NCBI GenBank assembly: GCA_002269645.1
Contig: NIVC01004851.1
Coordinates: forward strand, 1 to 33,334
Reading direction: 5' to 3'
Length of the DNA: 33,334 nt
From: Macrostomum lignano
Lineage: Eukaryota
The notes below the pieces were generated by a model. It did not search any database. It saw nothing but the letters and a program-made list of their open reading frames with translations, and was not told the origin of the DNA. Shown piece by piece: positions 32,112 through 33,334 of this stretch. The position numbers and the translations under genes were made by a program. The first letter of the stretch is position 1. Every line of letters begins with the position of its first letter.

Positions 32112-33044
32112 AATGGACGCGACAACTTCAGGAGAAATACAGAAAAATAAAATCTAATTCCGCACAATACAAAAGGCTGCAAATGCAGGCTAAAAGTGCT
32201 CCTAGGCCCTTTTCTCGTGTGCTTAAAGATTTAGATACAAGAAAGGAAACTTATGTGCTGATTCGAGTTTTCCAGGACAAACCTGCTCAGTACAGTTTGT
32301 CGCAAGATATTCCTGCTCGTATTGAAATGGATCTCAAAGAGCATTGCGATAATATTGTTAAAGTTTTTAGACGAGATGCTGATGAACAAGAAAAGCTCCG
32401 CAGGCAGCAAGCTGAAGCAGCTGCTCAAAGTCAAGCTCAAGGTGAGGCTGCTCAAAGTCAAACTGTAGGTGCGGCACAAAGCTCTGAGCATGGCTTTGAA
32501 GAAATAATAAAGAAAGGTGTGCGATCCATGCGTCAGCGCTTAGTCAACTTACTAAGAAAGCTTACCAAGACAAAACTGGTGACTCAGGTAGCATTCCTTG
32601 GGGCCAAATTATTTTTGACAGCGAGAATGCTTCAGCAGAAAAGAAAGGCCCTGGATTCTTTGAACCCCACATGCTTCCGCCACACAAGCTAAACCGGAAC
32701 CAATGTGTTAAGATGTTCGAATCCATTATCCAGAATGAAGGTAAGCTTGTTTTCCGTACTCATGCTGAATCTGATCATGCCACTAATCAGTCTTTGGGTG
32801 CATCTTCAAATGGCATGGAAACAGCTGAAGTACACGCTAATGAAGATGAGCTTCTAGATGAGTTTCTAGAAGATGAGCTTCTAGAAGAAAACAGTTTTGC
32901 GGCAGACCTAGACGAAGTAAGTGAGGAAAGTGAGCAGAATCAACAAGGACAGAATAATGAAATTGTTGGTCCTCAAGTTTCTGAAAGCTCATCTGAAGCT
33001 TCAACAATTCCAAGAATTCCATTCAAGGCCAGCATGCTGCAGAT
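32112..33044 (+). CDS. Uncharacterised spliced protein (partial): helical/Q-A-rich region, IPW-containing domain, acidic tract
   Basis: Acceptor tatttcAG at 32110-32111. Exon 32112-32516 (WTRQLQEKYRK...FEEIIKK), intron 32517-32587, and exon from 32588 (GSIPWGQIIF...PHMLPPHKLNRNQCVKMFESIIQNEGKLVF...DELLDEFLEDELLEE) join ORFs 31949-32692 and 32671-33048 in phase. Probable donor GTAAGT at 33045. No family recognised. Confidence 0.55.
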
Positions 33045-33334
33045 GTAAGTGCCAATCCAGCGTTCCAGTTTCAGGAAATTCAAATTCCGGCGTTGCAAGT
33101 GGTTCAATGTGACACTTCTCAAAAAAGTTCCTGCCCCAGCCTTGGAGATCCTGCTTCAAGCCAAGCATTCAGCAAGATTTGATACAGCGGGCCATTCAGC
33201 TGGCTGGATTAGATTTCACAGCCAACACGTTTGCTAGTCAATTTTTGCTACAGGAAGCTCAACCCAATCGTATCTTCCAGAGCGTCAAGCTCAAGGTTAT
33301 GCAGTGGAGCTGCTCATCACACAAAATACTGCAG

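Overview
Eukaryotic (animal) genomic DNA with short GT-AG introns. The gene content and style resemble a flatworm such as Macrostomum; this is inference only. From left to right: (1) the 3' part of a spliced polycystin-1-like (PKD1L) gene (GPS, PLAT, 11-TM/channel; 1-8576, +) with a ~1.85-kb purine-only GA tract in one intron; (2) two decayed tRNA-derived SINE-like repeats and a 106-bp tandem repeat with hairpins; (3) two small secreted PAN/apple-domain genes on the minus strand, one fused to an F-type lectin domain; (4) the N-terminal half of a DEG/ENaC channel whose ORF ends at a Helitron-type CTAG terminus; (5) a ~7.6-kb GC-richer, repeat- and palindrome-rich block (about 20330-27930) whose only recognisable gene is a Polinton/Maverick-type protein-primed DNA polymerase B of about 917 aa; (6) MITE/Helitron remnants; and (7) the start of an unknown spliced gene. 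The main finding is that the polymerase has three short spliceosomal introns, one inside each catalytic motif (A, B and C). These are the motifs that also host the pol-a, pol-b and pol-c inteins in other family B polymerases. No capsid, integrase, ATPase or protease gene is visible. Three reading-frame breaks in the window are each best explained by a 1-nt loss in a short base run, so they may be assembly errors.
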